This document shows positions 1 to 9,906 of a stretch of 32,000 nucleotides of DNA, in pieces. The stretch covers positions 270,001 through 302,000 of the forward strand of contig JBHLKY010000001.1 of NCBI GenBank assembly GCA_048886185.1. The letters are read 5' to 3'. The position numbers were made by a program, and so were the translations under genes. The notes under the pieces are model-generated. The model made no database searches and was not told where the DNA came from. It saw only the letters and a list, made by a program, of their open reading frames with translations. The stretch is from Candidatus Hermodarchaeota archaeon. Its GTDB lineage: Archaea; Asgardarchaeota; Heimdallarchaeia; Hodarchaeales; Hodarchaeaceae. Each line of letters starts with the position of its first letter. Position 1 is the first letter of the stretch.

Positions 1-2
1 CC

Positions 3-3000
3 CAGTATAATAATTTATTCATTGTGCCAGCGAGTGCCACCTCCAAGGGGCAGGAATGGAATTTTACCGTGAGAGTGTTTGATGGTATTCAATGGAGTGA
101 GCTCAATGTGTCTACCACGATCACAATTGCAAATACGAACCCTGAGGTTACCATCGCTGATATTACCACGGATCCTCAAACGACTGATGATCTGGTAGCT
201 AGTTGGACTTCGAGGGATAATGATAGTGATAGTTTAACTTTTATCCTCACTTGGTATATTAATGGGATTGAAAATGCCACGTTTGCAAATAAGACGGTGA
301 TCGGAGCGGGAAACACCACCAAAGGAGAGAAGTGGTATTTCACTGTCCAGGCCTATGATGGGGAAGGATTCTCCAATGTGTTCCCATTGGCTGCGAATGT
401 CACCATCCTGAATACCGCCCCAACAGCGGATAATTTAATCATTACCACTAATCCTACGACTATTGATGATTTAGTAGCAACTTGGGATTATTTTGACATT
501 GACAATGATCCCCGAGATGATGGGCTAGCTCGGATTTGCTGGTTCAAAAATGGGGAAAACCAAACTGCATTAACTAATCAAAAAACTATTGAGGCCACTA
601 ATACCTCTAAAAATCAGGTTTGGTGGTTTACAGTCCGTGTCTTTGACGGGGAGGACTATTCTGGGCTTTATGAGTCCGCTCACATACAGGTCTTAAATAG
701 TATTCCTATGGTGGGAAATTTGGAAATTAGGATGTCAGACCCCAAGACCACAGATGAGTTAGAGGCTCAATGGGTTGCTGTTGATGATGACAACGACATC
801 CTAAGCTACACCATCAAATGGTATAGAGATGCTGTCTATCAGTCAGCTTGGGATAATGAGATCACAATTCCTGCCAGTGCCACCTCAAAAGGCGAAACCT
901 GGTATTTTACTTTGAAAATGTTTGATGGGAGCGAGTATTCCTTAGAAGAGACCCTTAGTCCTGGTGTCCTTATTCTCAATACTCTTCCTGTCGTTGAAGA
1001 CCTGGCGTTAACCCCGGATCCTCAAACGACTGATGATCTGATAGCTAGTTGGATGTCGAGGGATAATGATAGTGATAGTTTAACTTTTATCGTTACCTGG
1101 TATGTCAATGGGATTGAAAATGCCACGTTTGCGAATAAAACGGTGATCGGGGCGGGAAATACTACCAAAGGGGAGGAATGGTATTTTAGTGTCCAAGCAT
1201 ACGATGGAGAAGGATTCTCCAATGTGTTCTCACTGGCTGCGAATGTCACCATTCTGAATACCGCTCCCACAGCGAGTAATTTGATGATTACTACTAATCC
1301 CACCACGCTTGATGACTTAGTTGCTGCTTGGGATTATTTCGATGTAGACAACGATCCCCGAGATGATACGCTAGCTCGGATTTGTTGGTTCAAGAATGGA
1401 TTGAATCAAAGCACTTTAGTCAATCAGAAAATCATTGGGGCAGGTAATACCTCCAAGAATCAAGTCTGGTGGTTTACTGTTCGTGTCTGTGACGGGGAGA
1501 CCCACTCGCTTAGTATCTACGAGTCCGCTCACATTTCTATTCAGAACTCTCTACCTTATAGTTCCTCCGCTCTCCCCATTCCCGTGAATCCTTCTAAGGC
1601 AAATGGCCTAGTATTGACTCTACCTGCCCTTCTTGCGGCTCTCTCAGACCCTGATCCGAGTGATGACATTGAAGTAGTCAGGATTCGCTGGTATAAGGAA
1701 GGTGTGCTGCAAGGGACGTTAAATGACTCCTTAATCGTTCCTGGAACCCGATTGACTAAAGGAGAGAGGTGGAATTATTCCATTGTGCCTTTCGATGGAG
1801 TCGGTTATGGGGTGGTGTGTGTGTCTGCGGAGATAGTCATCTTAAACTCTCGACCGACCATCATTAACACTTATTTCACGGCAACAACTGTTACCACCAT
1901 TAGCAACCTCGTGATCAGCTATCAAGCGGAGGATGCCGATGGGGACCCTATTATTGTCTCAGGGGTCCGCTGGTATCGGTATGATGCAGGGATTCCTGGG
2001 TGGGTGTACAATGCCACCTATGATGATTATGTGAGTCTCCCCGCTATAGCCACTACCAAGGGAGAGAGCTGGAAATATGAACTTGAAGTCTCTGATGGGA
2101 CTGATCCATCCGTTTGGAGAGAGGCGGCGAAAGAGGCGGATATTATCAACAGTCAGCCTCGCGTTGATCCCTTCAGTATCATACTGATAGGAGGTATGAC
2201 TACCTCTGAGCCTTTACAGGTGAGTTATGCCTGGTATGACGATGATCCTGGGGATAGTAATACCCAGACGATTATTACCTGGGAGAACAGTGGGGACTAT
2301 CTTGTCGATACCTATAGCACGACGTTGTCGGCGGATGAAACCATGGCGGGTGAGCGCTGGTGGGTGACGATCACTCCCTCTGATGGTGAGGACTATGGCG
2401 ATTCCGTCAACAGTAAGCGTTATGGTATAAGTATCATCATTGGTAACACTCCTCCCAGTCTCCTGCCAGATGACATTGTGATTAATGGGGAGTTTAATGG
2501 CACCGAATATCAAGGGACGAGTTTTGGCACCGTCTTCAATCTCAATCTTCATTATACGGCATTTGATCTTGATGGGGCTCAAGGGGTTCCAGCGTATGGC
2601 TTATCTCTCGTTGATGGTTTCGCGGTGGGATCCGAATATCGGTGGTATCGCAATCGTTCAGGTACCATAACTCTAATTTCAGCACTAAATGATGAAACAA
2701 CTGTTCCCTTCTATTATACTCAAAAAGGGGATGGTTGGTGGGTTCAAGTGCGTCCTCGAGATTTTTATGGAGATTTTGGCGTTCCTCAAAATTCTACTCA
2801 AATTACTATTGGGAATACCGCACCTCAAATAATTGGATTACACTGGGTACGAGTCACCTATTATACAACCAATAACTTGGTGTTTTATTATACGTTCTTT
2901 GACTATGATACTAAGGATATCCAACGAGGAGTTTTTATCCGCTGGTATCGGAATGGTACTTATTTACCAGGATTTAATAACAATACAGCGATTGCCTCTC

Positions 3001-5384
3001 AGTTCACGAAAAAAGGAGAAGTATGGTATGCGAATCTCAGTGTGTTTGATGGTGAATCTTACAGTGCATGGTATTGCTTACTTAATATCACTATCCAGAA
3101 TTCTCCCCCAACGGCAGCAAGCATTTCCATAACCCCCCTATCTCCCAACACCACCCAGCTCTTGGTAGCAACTTGGATCTTTAATGATGTCGATAATGAT
3201 TCTGAGGATCGTGGCGCCGCCCTCATTCAATGGTTCCGGAATGGGATCCGTGTGGATAACCTCACGAATAGCCAAACAGTGCCCTTCGCCTATACGAATC
3301 GGGGGGAAAGCTGGTACTTCATGGTGCAAGTCACTGATGGGTATAATTACTCCCTTACCCTTTATAAATCGAATACCATTATAATTATTAACTCGGCGCC
3401 AACTGCGGGCGACCTGCAGATCAACAACGGAGATGAGATTAAAACCACTCAAGACCTGGTGCTAAGTTGGAGATTCATTGATCCTGACAATGATATTGAG
3501 GATCGCGCCTCTGTGTTAATCCTCTGGTATTTGAATGGGATCGAACAACCTTTGTTCAGAAATCAATCGACAATTTTAGCGATTAATACTACGAAAAACC
3601 AGCAATGGAGGGTGGCAATCAAGGTCTGCGACAACGGCGGGTTATGGAGTGAGTTCTTGAATTCATCCCTGGTGGTGATCCTGAACTCTGAGCCCGAGAT
3701 TATTATTCATGAGAGCGCCCATCCTGACTTTATCGTTGAGGATGAAACATTTGAAATTAATAGCAGCGTTTTCAGCTATTCCGATGCGGACGGGGATGAA
3801 GCTCAATCCGTGATCAGGTGGTATTGCAATGGGGAGTTGATGTTCCAAAACCTCTGGGGTCTTGCTGCCACTGACACCGTTCCTGGTGATGTCTGGTATT
3901 ACACCATTCAGCCATTCGACGGGACTGATTTTGGGGAGGAATGTAAATCGCCTGCCATCCCCATTGAGAGTCGGCCTGTGATTCATAGTTTTGTGGCGAC
4001 TGCCCTCCCCGACACTGAGGGCCACTATGAGGTGGAGATCAACGTCACGGACTCTCGGAATGAGATTCTTCGCGTAGAATTTTGCTTAGCTCTCAACACC
4101 ACCACTGAACTCCCTCTTTTCGTGATCACCTCTCCCAAGGCTCCGGAGTCATCTCTTTGGCTTCTAGATTACACCCTCGACAGTTACTCCTATCTTGAGA
4201 CCCCGACTCATGTCACCGTGACCGTGGTGACTACAGTCACTTATTCTAATATCACCTCCGAAATCCCCTTAGTTCAGTCATTCACCTTTACACTCGAGGA
4301 TAAAGCACCTCCGCGGGTTCTCAATGCCTATTTTGAGAAGGATGATGAGCTCAATCCCACCAACCTCACTTTTTATGCTGAGGTGCAAGACTTTGGGTCA
4401 GGGATCGCTGAGGTCATTCTCTCCTATTGCTTCCAATCGAGTGAAAAGTTCAACCAGACGGGTGGGAATGGCGCTGCCTTCCTTCAAGACGATCTGGAAT
4501 GGCTAGAGGTGCCTATGATGGTTCAAGCTACCAATGAGAGCGGGAATTTCATCTTGTATGTGGTGACCGTGGGGTTTACCCAGGCCCCCTACAGCCTTGC
4601 CATTATCTATCGGGTTTCGACTGAGGATGTGGCGGGGAATAGCAATCCTGTGGCCTTTGACATCCGTGACTATCCCGAGCGACTTGGGGCTGAAAAAATT
4701 ATCTATAATCCTCCAGGTCTGCCAGAGTGGGTTCTCCTCGTGGCTGGGCTTGTAGTATTCGTCATCTTCATTGGGTCTATAGTTTATGTGAAATTCATCC
4801 GTAAACCCGAACTGGTCGGTTTGGATAAAGAATTGGTTATGGCCAAGGTCTCTGACATCCCTGATGCAGAGGTGATGGCCTCACTGGATGCTCATACCAT
4901 TGGTGTGATTGTTAGCTTTTTCGACCAGAGACACGGCCCGATTCCGATTATCATCGTCCCTGAGATTCTGAAAGACAACTTTAATAAGCTGGTGGAACTC
5001 TCGGATCGCTCTTTCAGTGGCACTGGCTTTGCTGATGATTTTGGTGTTGAAATTCCCTCCAGTTATGACTTTGTGTTATCCCAAGGCATTCGTACAAGTG
5101 TAATGTCTTTTGGGTACGCCCTAGAGCGGCCTGAATCCAGAGGAGGCCAAGAGAACCTTACCTGTAACATTATCATCCATCAAGATCTCTTTCCATTAGT
5201 TCAATCTTTCCAGAACGAGATCAAACGGAATGTCCATTCTCTTCACGTGAGAATGGATAAAAATCCTTCAGAAAAAAATGAGATCCGTAAACTAGTCTTT
5301 GAGCTCAGGAAATTCGTATCTAACATTATATTATCCTACGCGAGCATTTATGGCACAACAGAACTTATAGAAGAGCAGAAATGA
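3..5384 (+). CDS. Giant cell-surface protein, 5'-truncated by the window edge: about 14 cadherin/Ig-like repeats of ~94 aa, a single TM helix and a cytoplasmic uDENN/longin-like domain
   Basis: The frame is open from position 3 (QYNNLFI-VPASAT), so the GTG at 24 is not the true start. Recurrent N[TS]xP...DxDxD...W[YF]xNG...W[YFW]FxVxxxDG units. TM segment PEWVLLVAGLVVFVIFIGSIVYVKF followed by IRK. C-terminal IVSFFDQRHGP...SRGGQENL domain. Confidence 0.85.
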   Translation, partial: QYNNLFIVPASATSKGQEWNFTVRVFDGIQWSELNVSTTITIANTNPEVTIADITTDPQTTDDLVASWTSRDNDSDSLTFILTWYINGIENATFANKTVIGAGNTTKGEKWYFTVQAYDGEGFSNVFPLAANVTILNTAPTADNLIITTNPTTIDDLVATWDYFDIDNDPRDDGLARICWFKNGENQTALTNQKTIEATNTSKNQVWWFTVRVFDGEDYSGLYESAHIQVLNSIPMVGNLEIRMSDPKTTDELEAQWVAVDDDNDILSYTIKWYRDAVYQSAWDNEITIPASATSKGETWYFTLKMFDGSEYSLEETLSPGVLILNTLPVVEDLALTPDPQTTDDLIASWMSRDNDSDSLTFIVTWYVNGIENATFANKTVIGAGNTTKGEEWYFSVQAYDGEGFSNVFSLAANVTILNTAPTASNLMITTNPTTLDDLVAAWDYFDVDNDPRDDTLARICWFKNGLNQSTLVNQKIIGAGNTSKNQVWWFTVRVCDGETHSLSIYESAHISIQNSLPYSSSALPIPVNPSKANGLVLTLPALLAALSDPDPSDDIEVVRIRWYKEGVLQGTLNDSLIVPGTRLTKGERWNYSIVPFDGVGYGVVCVSAEIVILNSRPTIINTYFTATTVTTISNLVISYQAEDADGDPIIVSGVRWYRYDAGIPGWVYNATYDDYVSLPAIATTKGESWKYELEVSDGTDPSVWREAAKEADIINSQPRVDPFSIILIGGMTTSEPLQVSYAWYDDDPGDSNTQTIITWENSGDYLVDTYSTTLSADETMAGERWWVTITPSDGEDYGDSVNSKRYGISIIIGNTPPSLLPDDIVINGEFNGTEYQGTSFGTVFNLNLHYTAFDLDGAQGVPAYGLSLVDGFAVGSEYRWYRNRSGTITLISALNDETTVPFYYTQKGDGWWVQVRPRDFYGDFGVPQNSTQITIGNTAPQIIGLHWVRVTYYTTNNLVFYYTFFDYDTKDIQRGVFIRWYRNGTYLPGFNNNTAIASQFTKKGEVWYANLSVFDGESYSAWYCLLNITIQNSPPTAASISITPLSPNTTQLLVATWIFNDVDNDSEDRGAALIQWFRNGIRVDNLTNSQTVPFAYTNRGESWYFMVQVTDGYNYSLTLYKSNTIIIINSAPTAGDLQINNGDEIKTTQDLVLSWRFIDPDNDIEDRASVLILWYLNGIEQPLFRNQSTILAINTTKNQQWRVAIKVCDNGGLWSEFLNSSLVVILNSEPEIIIHESAHPDFIVEDETFEINSSVFSYSDADGDEAQSVIRWYCNGELMFQNLWGLAATDTVPGDVWYYTIQPFDGTDFGEECKSPAIPIESRPVIHSFVATALPDTEGHYEVEINVTDSRNEILRVEFCLALNTTTELPLFVITSPKAPESSLWLLDYTLDSYSYLETPTHVTVTVVTTVTYSNITSEIPLVQSFTFTLEDKAPPRVLNAYFEKDDELNPTNLTFYAEVQDFGSGIAEVILSYCFQSSEKFNQTGGNGAAFLQDDLEWLEVPMMVQATNESGNFILYVVTVGFTQAPYSLAIIYRVSTEDVAGNSNPVAFDIRDYPERLGAEKIIYNPPGLPEWVLLVAGLVVFVIFIGSIVYVKFIRKPELVGLDKELVMAKVSDIPDAEVMASLDAHTIGVIVSFFDQRHGPIPIIIVPEILKDNFNKLVELSDRSFSGTGFADDFGVEIPSSYDFVLSQGIRTSVMSFGYALERPESRGGQENLTCNIIIHQDLFPLVQSFQNEIKRNVHSLHVRMDKNPSEKNEIRKLVFELRKFVSNIILSYASIYGTTELIEEQK
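171..1535 (+). repeat. Near-identical DNA duplication of a two-domain block within a three-domain supra-repeat (period ~846 nt)
   Basis: gatcctcaaacgactgatgatctg occurs at 171 and 1017. gagtccgctcacat occurs at 672 and 1521 (offset 849, one extra codon). agtgccacctc occurs at 33 and 876. Confidence 0.9.
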
Positions 5385-5600
5385 TATTCTTTCATTGATT
5401 TTTTCTGCTAATGAAATTAAACGTGAAAATCCTTCTTTCCAATCCTCATAGACATTTGACCACGATTTTTCCATATTGATTTCATAAATCCATTCATTAA
5501 TCTTCTCTAAATCAGTTTCAGATTCTGGATCGAACTCATCTAGCCACCAATCAAGATTTGGATTTTCGTTATTTATTGCACCTTTCCTTCCCCTAATTTT
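5385..5600 (-). pseudogene. Internal fragment of a ClbS/DfsB (DinB-like) four-helix-bundle gene; absent from the ORF track
   Basis: Manual translation gives KIRGRKGAINNENPNLDWWLDEFDPESETDLEKINEWIYEINMEKSWSNVYEDWKEGFSRLISLAEKINE, which resembles the family's D..N.WIYE...W..V...W..GF..L segment. There is an in-frame TAA at 5603-5601, no upstream start, and similarity stops at the giant gene's stop codon. Confidence 0.6.
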
Positions 5601-5616
5601 TTAATACCAGAGTTGT

Positions 5617-6036
5617 TTATTCCTTTGACGGAATTTTTTCCCCTTGGCCTTTAGTAGATGAACTTGGGGTTGTGTCTCTTACCCCTACACTTGTAACAAG
5701 ACTAATCGCTTCCTCGAGGTAAGTTTTTATGCGAGCTTGGTCAATACGATCTACAAGCGGAGATTTGTTTTCCATCATTGATATCCACTTATCAACTTCT
5801 GCTTTGAGAGAATTCTGTTCGTTTACAACTTGGTTAGAAAGTGATTTGAGTCCTTTCTCCTGAGAAATATTCACTGCTTGATCAAGGAGGTTGAAAGTTT
5901 GTTCAATGTCCAGATCGAGGAGAGACAACTTGGATTGAAGGATTAAGGTATATGCCAATAAGAATTTTGAGTTCTGTTGTCTTGCGATTTCATTCAGCAT
6001 GCTAACATATTCACGTAGGTTTTGGAGAGATTCAAT
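5617..6036 (-). pseudogene. C-terminal fragment of a TPR/MalT-like helical-repeat protein
   Basis: Protein-like sequence continues upstream of the Met (IESLQNLREYVS-MLNEIARQQ) to an in-frame TAA at 6039-6037. LLAYTLILQSKLSLL...A...EKGL..L...W...L.DRID.A....YL resembles C-termini of Asgard TPR proteins. Confidence 0.5.
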
Positions 6037-6070
6037 TTACATTATACGTTGGTATTACACACGAACTTCT

Positions 6071-6301
6071 TTATTTATCAAGCTTGACTTTCTCCAACAA
6101 TTCTAGTCGTTTTTTGATCCTATCACGAGTCTCTAGATCAGCAAACAATTCAAAAAAGATTTGATCGTCACCTAATTCGCCACTATTCCACTTTTCTTGA
6201 AAATCTTCAGAAGAAAAAAGGAATTCTTTTTCATAAGTTAATAAATGTTGATTTAAAGAGTTAATTTTCTCTTTTAAACGATTAACCTCTTTCTGTAACA
6301 T
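6071..6301 (-). CDS. Small antitoxin-like protein (S.EF..K...GELGDD..F type); no cognate toxin seen
   Basis: YEKEFLFSSEDFQEKWNSGELGDDQIFFE resembles small putative antitoxins usually found beside DUF6516-type toxins. Confidence 0.45.
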   Translation of the reverse strand: MLQKEVNRLKEKINSLNQHLLTYEKEFLFSSEDFQEKWNSGELGDDQIFFELFADLETRDRIKKRLELLEKVKLDK

Positions 6302-6603
6302 TTCTTATACTACTTCCGAACTCTCATCAGCTAGTAGTATGTTTCATCCAAGTTCAATTCTGCCCTGAATTTAAAGCATATATATTTTGATGTATAAAAT
6401 CTCTAAAATTGAACTAATTTTGATATAGTAGTATTTTTATGAATTTCATAATAGATTGAGCCTTCAAAAATCAACAATTGTATAATTGGATACAGAACGA
6501 CTTAGTAATGGCTTAAAAAAATATTTGACGACATTTCATATTATGTTCATTTTTCCTGTCTTTTCGAGGATGGTAGGCGTAAAGACTGAAGATAGTGAAC
6601 ATT

Positions 6604-7905
6604 TCAATGACGCTTTTTTATGACAAGACTGACAAAAATGATAAAGACTAGCAGGATAGAAATCCCATTCGTTGACGTAGGTTCAATTGTTGTCGTTGTA
6701 CTAGTAGTACCAGGAGTCGTAGTAGTGGTTGGATTTATAGTAACAACTGCTGGGATGATGTGCTTATCAATTAAAGTAAATTGAAGGGAATAATCTGACC
6801 AACCACCAAGATAATTAGTACTTGTTATGACGACTACTAAGTTGGTTTTAGGTTGAACAAGTAAGATTTGTCCTCCTATACCTAGACCTCGATAATATTC
6901 AGCTTTAGTATTTATCCACCATTGAAAACCATATCCTGTGCCAGCAGGAGGTGTAACTGATTGATGAACCCAGTCTTCTGGGACAATCGTTTGCCCACCC
7001 CATGAACCATTGTGAAGATAGAGGTAGCCAAATTTTGCGATGTCATAAGGATGTAACCATAACCCATGACCTCCTGCAATAACACCCTGAGGATCCTTCC
7101 ACCAATGATAATTGGTAATATTCAGAGGTGTAAATAGATAATCTTCTGCAAACGTCTGAGGATCCATTCCTGTTTTAATTTTGATAATTACTTGTAGTAA
7201 GTGTGAAACACCGGTGTTATATTTAAAAACTAACCCAGGGCTATCTTCCATTGGTTTATCTAATACGAATTGAACCCAATCGTCACTTGTAATTAACTTC
7301 GCATCATCATCTGCAAAATTGAGAGACCAATATTCAAAACTATTTGTATGGTTGGAATGAAACTCATAATCTTGAGGACGGACTGGATATTCAGAAAACA
7401 ACCCTGGAGTGTTCCATTCTAGTCCACTTCTCATTTCTAAGAGATCTTGAATTGTTATTGCTTCTTTTTTAGCATTCATGTTAGCAAATGTTCTATTTGA
7501 AAAGATATTAACTATCGGCTCATCAAGGTTCGTTATAAAACCACTATGATTTGCTATGCCGATTAATATACTAGTCACGCTTTTTGTTATCGAATTGAGT
7601 ATATGCATATCACTGTAATTGTAATATGAATAAAACCTGTCATATACGATATAACCATTCCGAATTATTGATATACTATCAATATATTTTACATTATTTT
7701 TCGTCATAATTTTTTCATTATTTTCAAGTATTGATGAATCCATACCCTGCCCTTCAGGGGATGAGACTCTCCATCCGTTTGTTGGAACATAAGCATTTTC
7801 TGAGGTTTTAATTATAAGTCCTTTAGTTCGAAAGCATACTATAAGAATTATCTCCAAAATGACAAAAATTGCCGTGTATTGAATTCTTTTCAGGATGATC
7901 ACCAT
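6604..7905 (-). CDS. Membrane-anchored serine hydrolase, beta-lactamase class C/PBP-like family
   Basis: SxxK motif (SITKS), FKYNT, GLG-GGQ triad region, N-terminal hydrophobic segment, Thr-rich linker and C-terminal TM plus KKRH. Confidence 0.85.
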   Translation of the reverse strand: MVIILKRIQYTAIFVILEIILIVCFRTKGLIIKTSENAYVPTNGWRVSSPEGQGMDSSILENNEKIMTKNNVKYIDSISIIRNGYIVYDRFYSYYNYSDMHILNSITKSVTSILIGIANHSGFITNLDEPIVNIFSNRTFANMNAKKEAITIQDLLEMRSGLEWNTPGLFSEYPVRPQDYEFHSNHTNSFEYWSLNFADDDAKLITSDDWVQFVLDKPMEDSPGLVFKYNTGVSHLLQVIIKIKTGMDPQTFAEDYLFTPLNITNYHWWKDPQGVIAGGHGLWLHPYDIAKFGYLYLHNGSWGGQTIVPEDWVHQSVTPPAGTGYGFQWWINTKAEYYRGLGIGGQILLVQPKTNLVVVITSTNYLGGWSDYSLQFTLIDKHIIPAVVTINPTTTTTPGTTSTTTTIEPTSTNGISILLVFIIFVSLVIKKRH

Positions 7906-8463
7906 TTTTGAGTAGGATTAATGATGGAGAATTCTGCAATTACATTAGCATCTGCAATTACACTAGTAGTTGTAGATGGGGATGGCTGGATAAACCTTTT
8001 GATATCGGTTTTCACTAGCACATCCTATCCCTGTCCAGCACCAAATGAAGTAGTATACCCCGCTAAGGTTTTTCATGCCCAACGAATCACATATTATTAC
8101 GCAATACACAAAATCCGACTTTATTTATGAAGATTTGTTGAAATGATCAATTTCATATATGATGCCAACAAAAGATTGTCCTATTTATTCACAATTCTAT
8201 TTATTATGATTTTTTTCATTGTTTTTATCTTCCTGAAGAGAATAACACTTTAGGATAAATTAAAAATGGCTTTTTAGATATTTGAATTGCAGAGAGATTT
8301 CAAATTGAGGAAAAAGTGGATAATAATCCTATATAAATGAGAATAAAGATTTTCTTGTATGAAAGCATGATTTTACGACATTTCAAGGATATCATCTAAT
8401 TCTTTTTCATGTATTTAGTACAGAGGAATGAAGAAACATTTGAGCTAAATTATGATGATTAGA

Positions 8464-8976
8464 TCAAATAAGCTTCTTTTTCCCGAAAAATGCCGTAATT
8501 TGTGATGCATGACCACCCTCGTGTCCTTCACCTTTGTATATATAATCAAATAGAGAGCTAACTGTGACTGGCATATCTTTAGTCCATTCAAAGGGTGTTT
8601 GATATTTCCATTCAGAGTTTGAAAGACTACTAATTTTTTGTATTAATTCCTTGAATGTAATCTGCCATTCCTCAAAAATTTGATCTAAATGCAAGTTTTT
8701 TCGTTTATTGGTTTCTTTTTCATTGAATTCAGCTTCATTTAGTTCCTCTTCATTAATGAACCATGGTTTCTCATTATTTAAGAGGTCATCAGTGGCTTTC
8801 TTGAGCTCTATATTCCATGCAGAGATATGAGCGATGATATCTTTTGTTGTCCACTTCCCTGTAATAATTTCTTCTGTAATTTGGGACTTTCTCAATCCTT
8901 TTATTGTTTTTTCTAGCTTCTCATGATTATGTTTTAGAAATTGAATGGCTTCTTGTTTTCTCATTCTTTCATTCAC
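8464..8976 (-). CDS. ClbS/DfsB (DinB-like) four-helix bundle protein
   Basis: WTTKDIIAHISAW and C-terminal HEGGH metal-ligand pattern. Confidence 0.8.
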   Translation of the reverse strand: MNERMRKQEAIQFLKHNHEKLEKTIKGLRKSQITEEIITGKWTTKDIIAHISAWNIELKKATDDLLNNEKPWFINEEELNEAEFNEKETNKRKNLHLDQIFEEWQITFKELIQKISSLSNSEWKYQTPFEWTKDMPVTVSSLFDYIYKGEGHEGGHASQITAFFGKKKLI

Positions 8977-8995
8977 CTACACACTGATATAATGA

Positions 8996-9880
8996 TCAAC
9001 CCATTGCTGGAGCTATTATGCTGTATATCAGGTTCGAATTACTTTTCTTCCTTTGATTTACCCCATAACGCATTCGAAAAGAGTAATTATATTCTTCAAA
9101 ACCCAAGTGGTAAAAGAACTGCAGTGGAATATTAGATGTCTCTGTAACTCCTATGAGGATCCATTCACAGTCCTTACAGCGAATTGTGCTAGCTTGGATT
9201 AATTTACTTATTAAATCAAGAGCTAGAGTAGAATTCTCTGCAACTAATGGACCAATTGTAAAAGAATTACTAGAATAACGTATGAATCCAAACCCTTTAA
9301 CAATATTATCTTGAATAAATACTACCCCTTTACTTTTGGGGTTCTTCAACATAATTTGAAAGATTTTATTCCTTTGAGCCCCAAAGATCTGTAGATCGAA
9401 TATTCCTATGCTTTTAAGGTGTTTGCTGTGCATACGAACACTTCTTGGCGCTGAAATCAACGAACTCATAAGGGTAGATTTTGGGATTTTTAATCGGAGT
9501 GATCTTTCGATTCTTATAAAATGAAATTTCTCATAAAAACCTACAACTTCCGGAACTGCATCTAAGAGAATTTCTCTACAGCCAATCTCAAGTAAGTGAT
9601 TCACAGCTTCCATGAACAATATTCTACCAATCCCTTTCTTATGATGTTTTTCATCTACAATTAGGAATCCTATCCATCCTGTAAAGGGAGGGTAAAAGTA
9701 TGTCAAAACTATTCCCAAAGGTTCTTGAGTAGAGGAATCTTCTGCTAGATATGCAGAGTCACTGAACTCAAGCAATAGTTCTGGATTTTTTTGACTAAAA
9801 CCCCATTTAACTTGAGAATCAAGATATTTCAAAAAATCTTGGTCAATTATTGTCAAGGATCGAATGTGGATTGGTAACAT
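8996..9880 (-). CDS. GNAT family N-acetyltransferase, two-domain (YitH-like C-terminus)
   Basis: Acetyl-CoA motif HHKKGIGRIL, FYEKFHF, and IGPLVA in the second domain. Confidence 0.8.
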   Translation of the reverse strand: MLPIHIRSLTIIDQDFLKYLDSQVKWGFSQKNPELLLEFSDSAYLAEDSSTQEPLGIVLTYFYPPFTGWIGFLIVDEKHHKKGIGRILFMEAVNHLLEIGCREILLDAVPEVVGFYEKFHFIRIERSLRLKIPKSTLMSSLISAPRSVRMHSKHLKSIGIFDLQIFGAQRNKIFQIMLKNPKSKGVVFIQDNIVKGFGFIRYSSNSFTIGPLVAENSTLALDLISKLIQASTIRCKDCEWILIGVTETSNIPLQFFYHLGFEEYNYSFRMRYGVNQRKKSNSNLIYSIIAPAMG

Positions 9881-9906
9881 AAAATCATCATTTCATTGTA
9901 GAATCA

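Noticed and set aside
1022-4506. Alternative-frame and antisense ORFs inside the giant gene (1022-1306, 2214-2582, 2485-2670, 2833-3132, 3138-3452, 3184-3384, 3663-4025, 4324-4506)
   Set aside because: They are fully nested in a well-supported CDS and have no motifs; they are shadow ORFs.
6604-7905. Calling this gene an antibiotic-resistance beta-lactamase
   Set aside because: The SxxK fold is shared with esterases, amidases and peptidases; nothing here indicates beta-lactam specificity.
7921-8130. 69-aa plus-strand ORF, an 11-bp direct repeat (ctgcaattaca) and a possible degraded hydrolase tail on the minus strand
   Set aside because: No convincing motif in either reading; it lies in the promoter region of the serine hydrolase gene.
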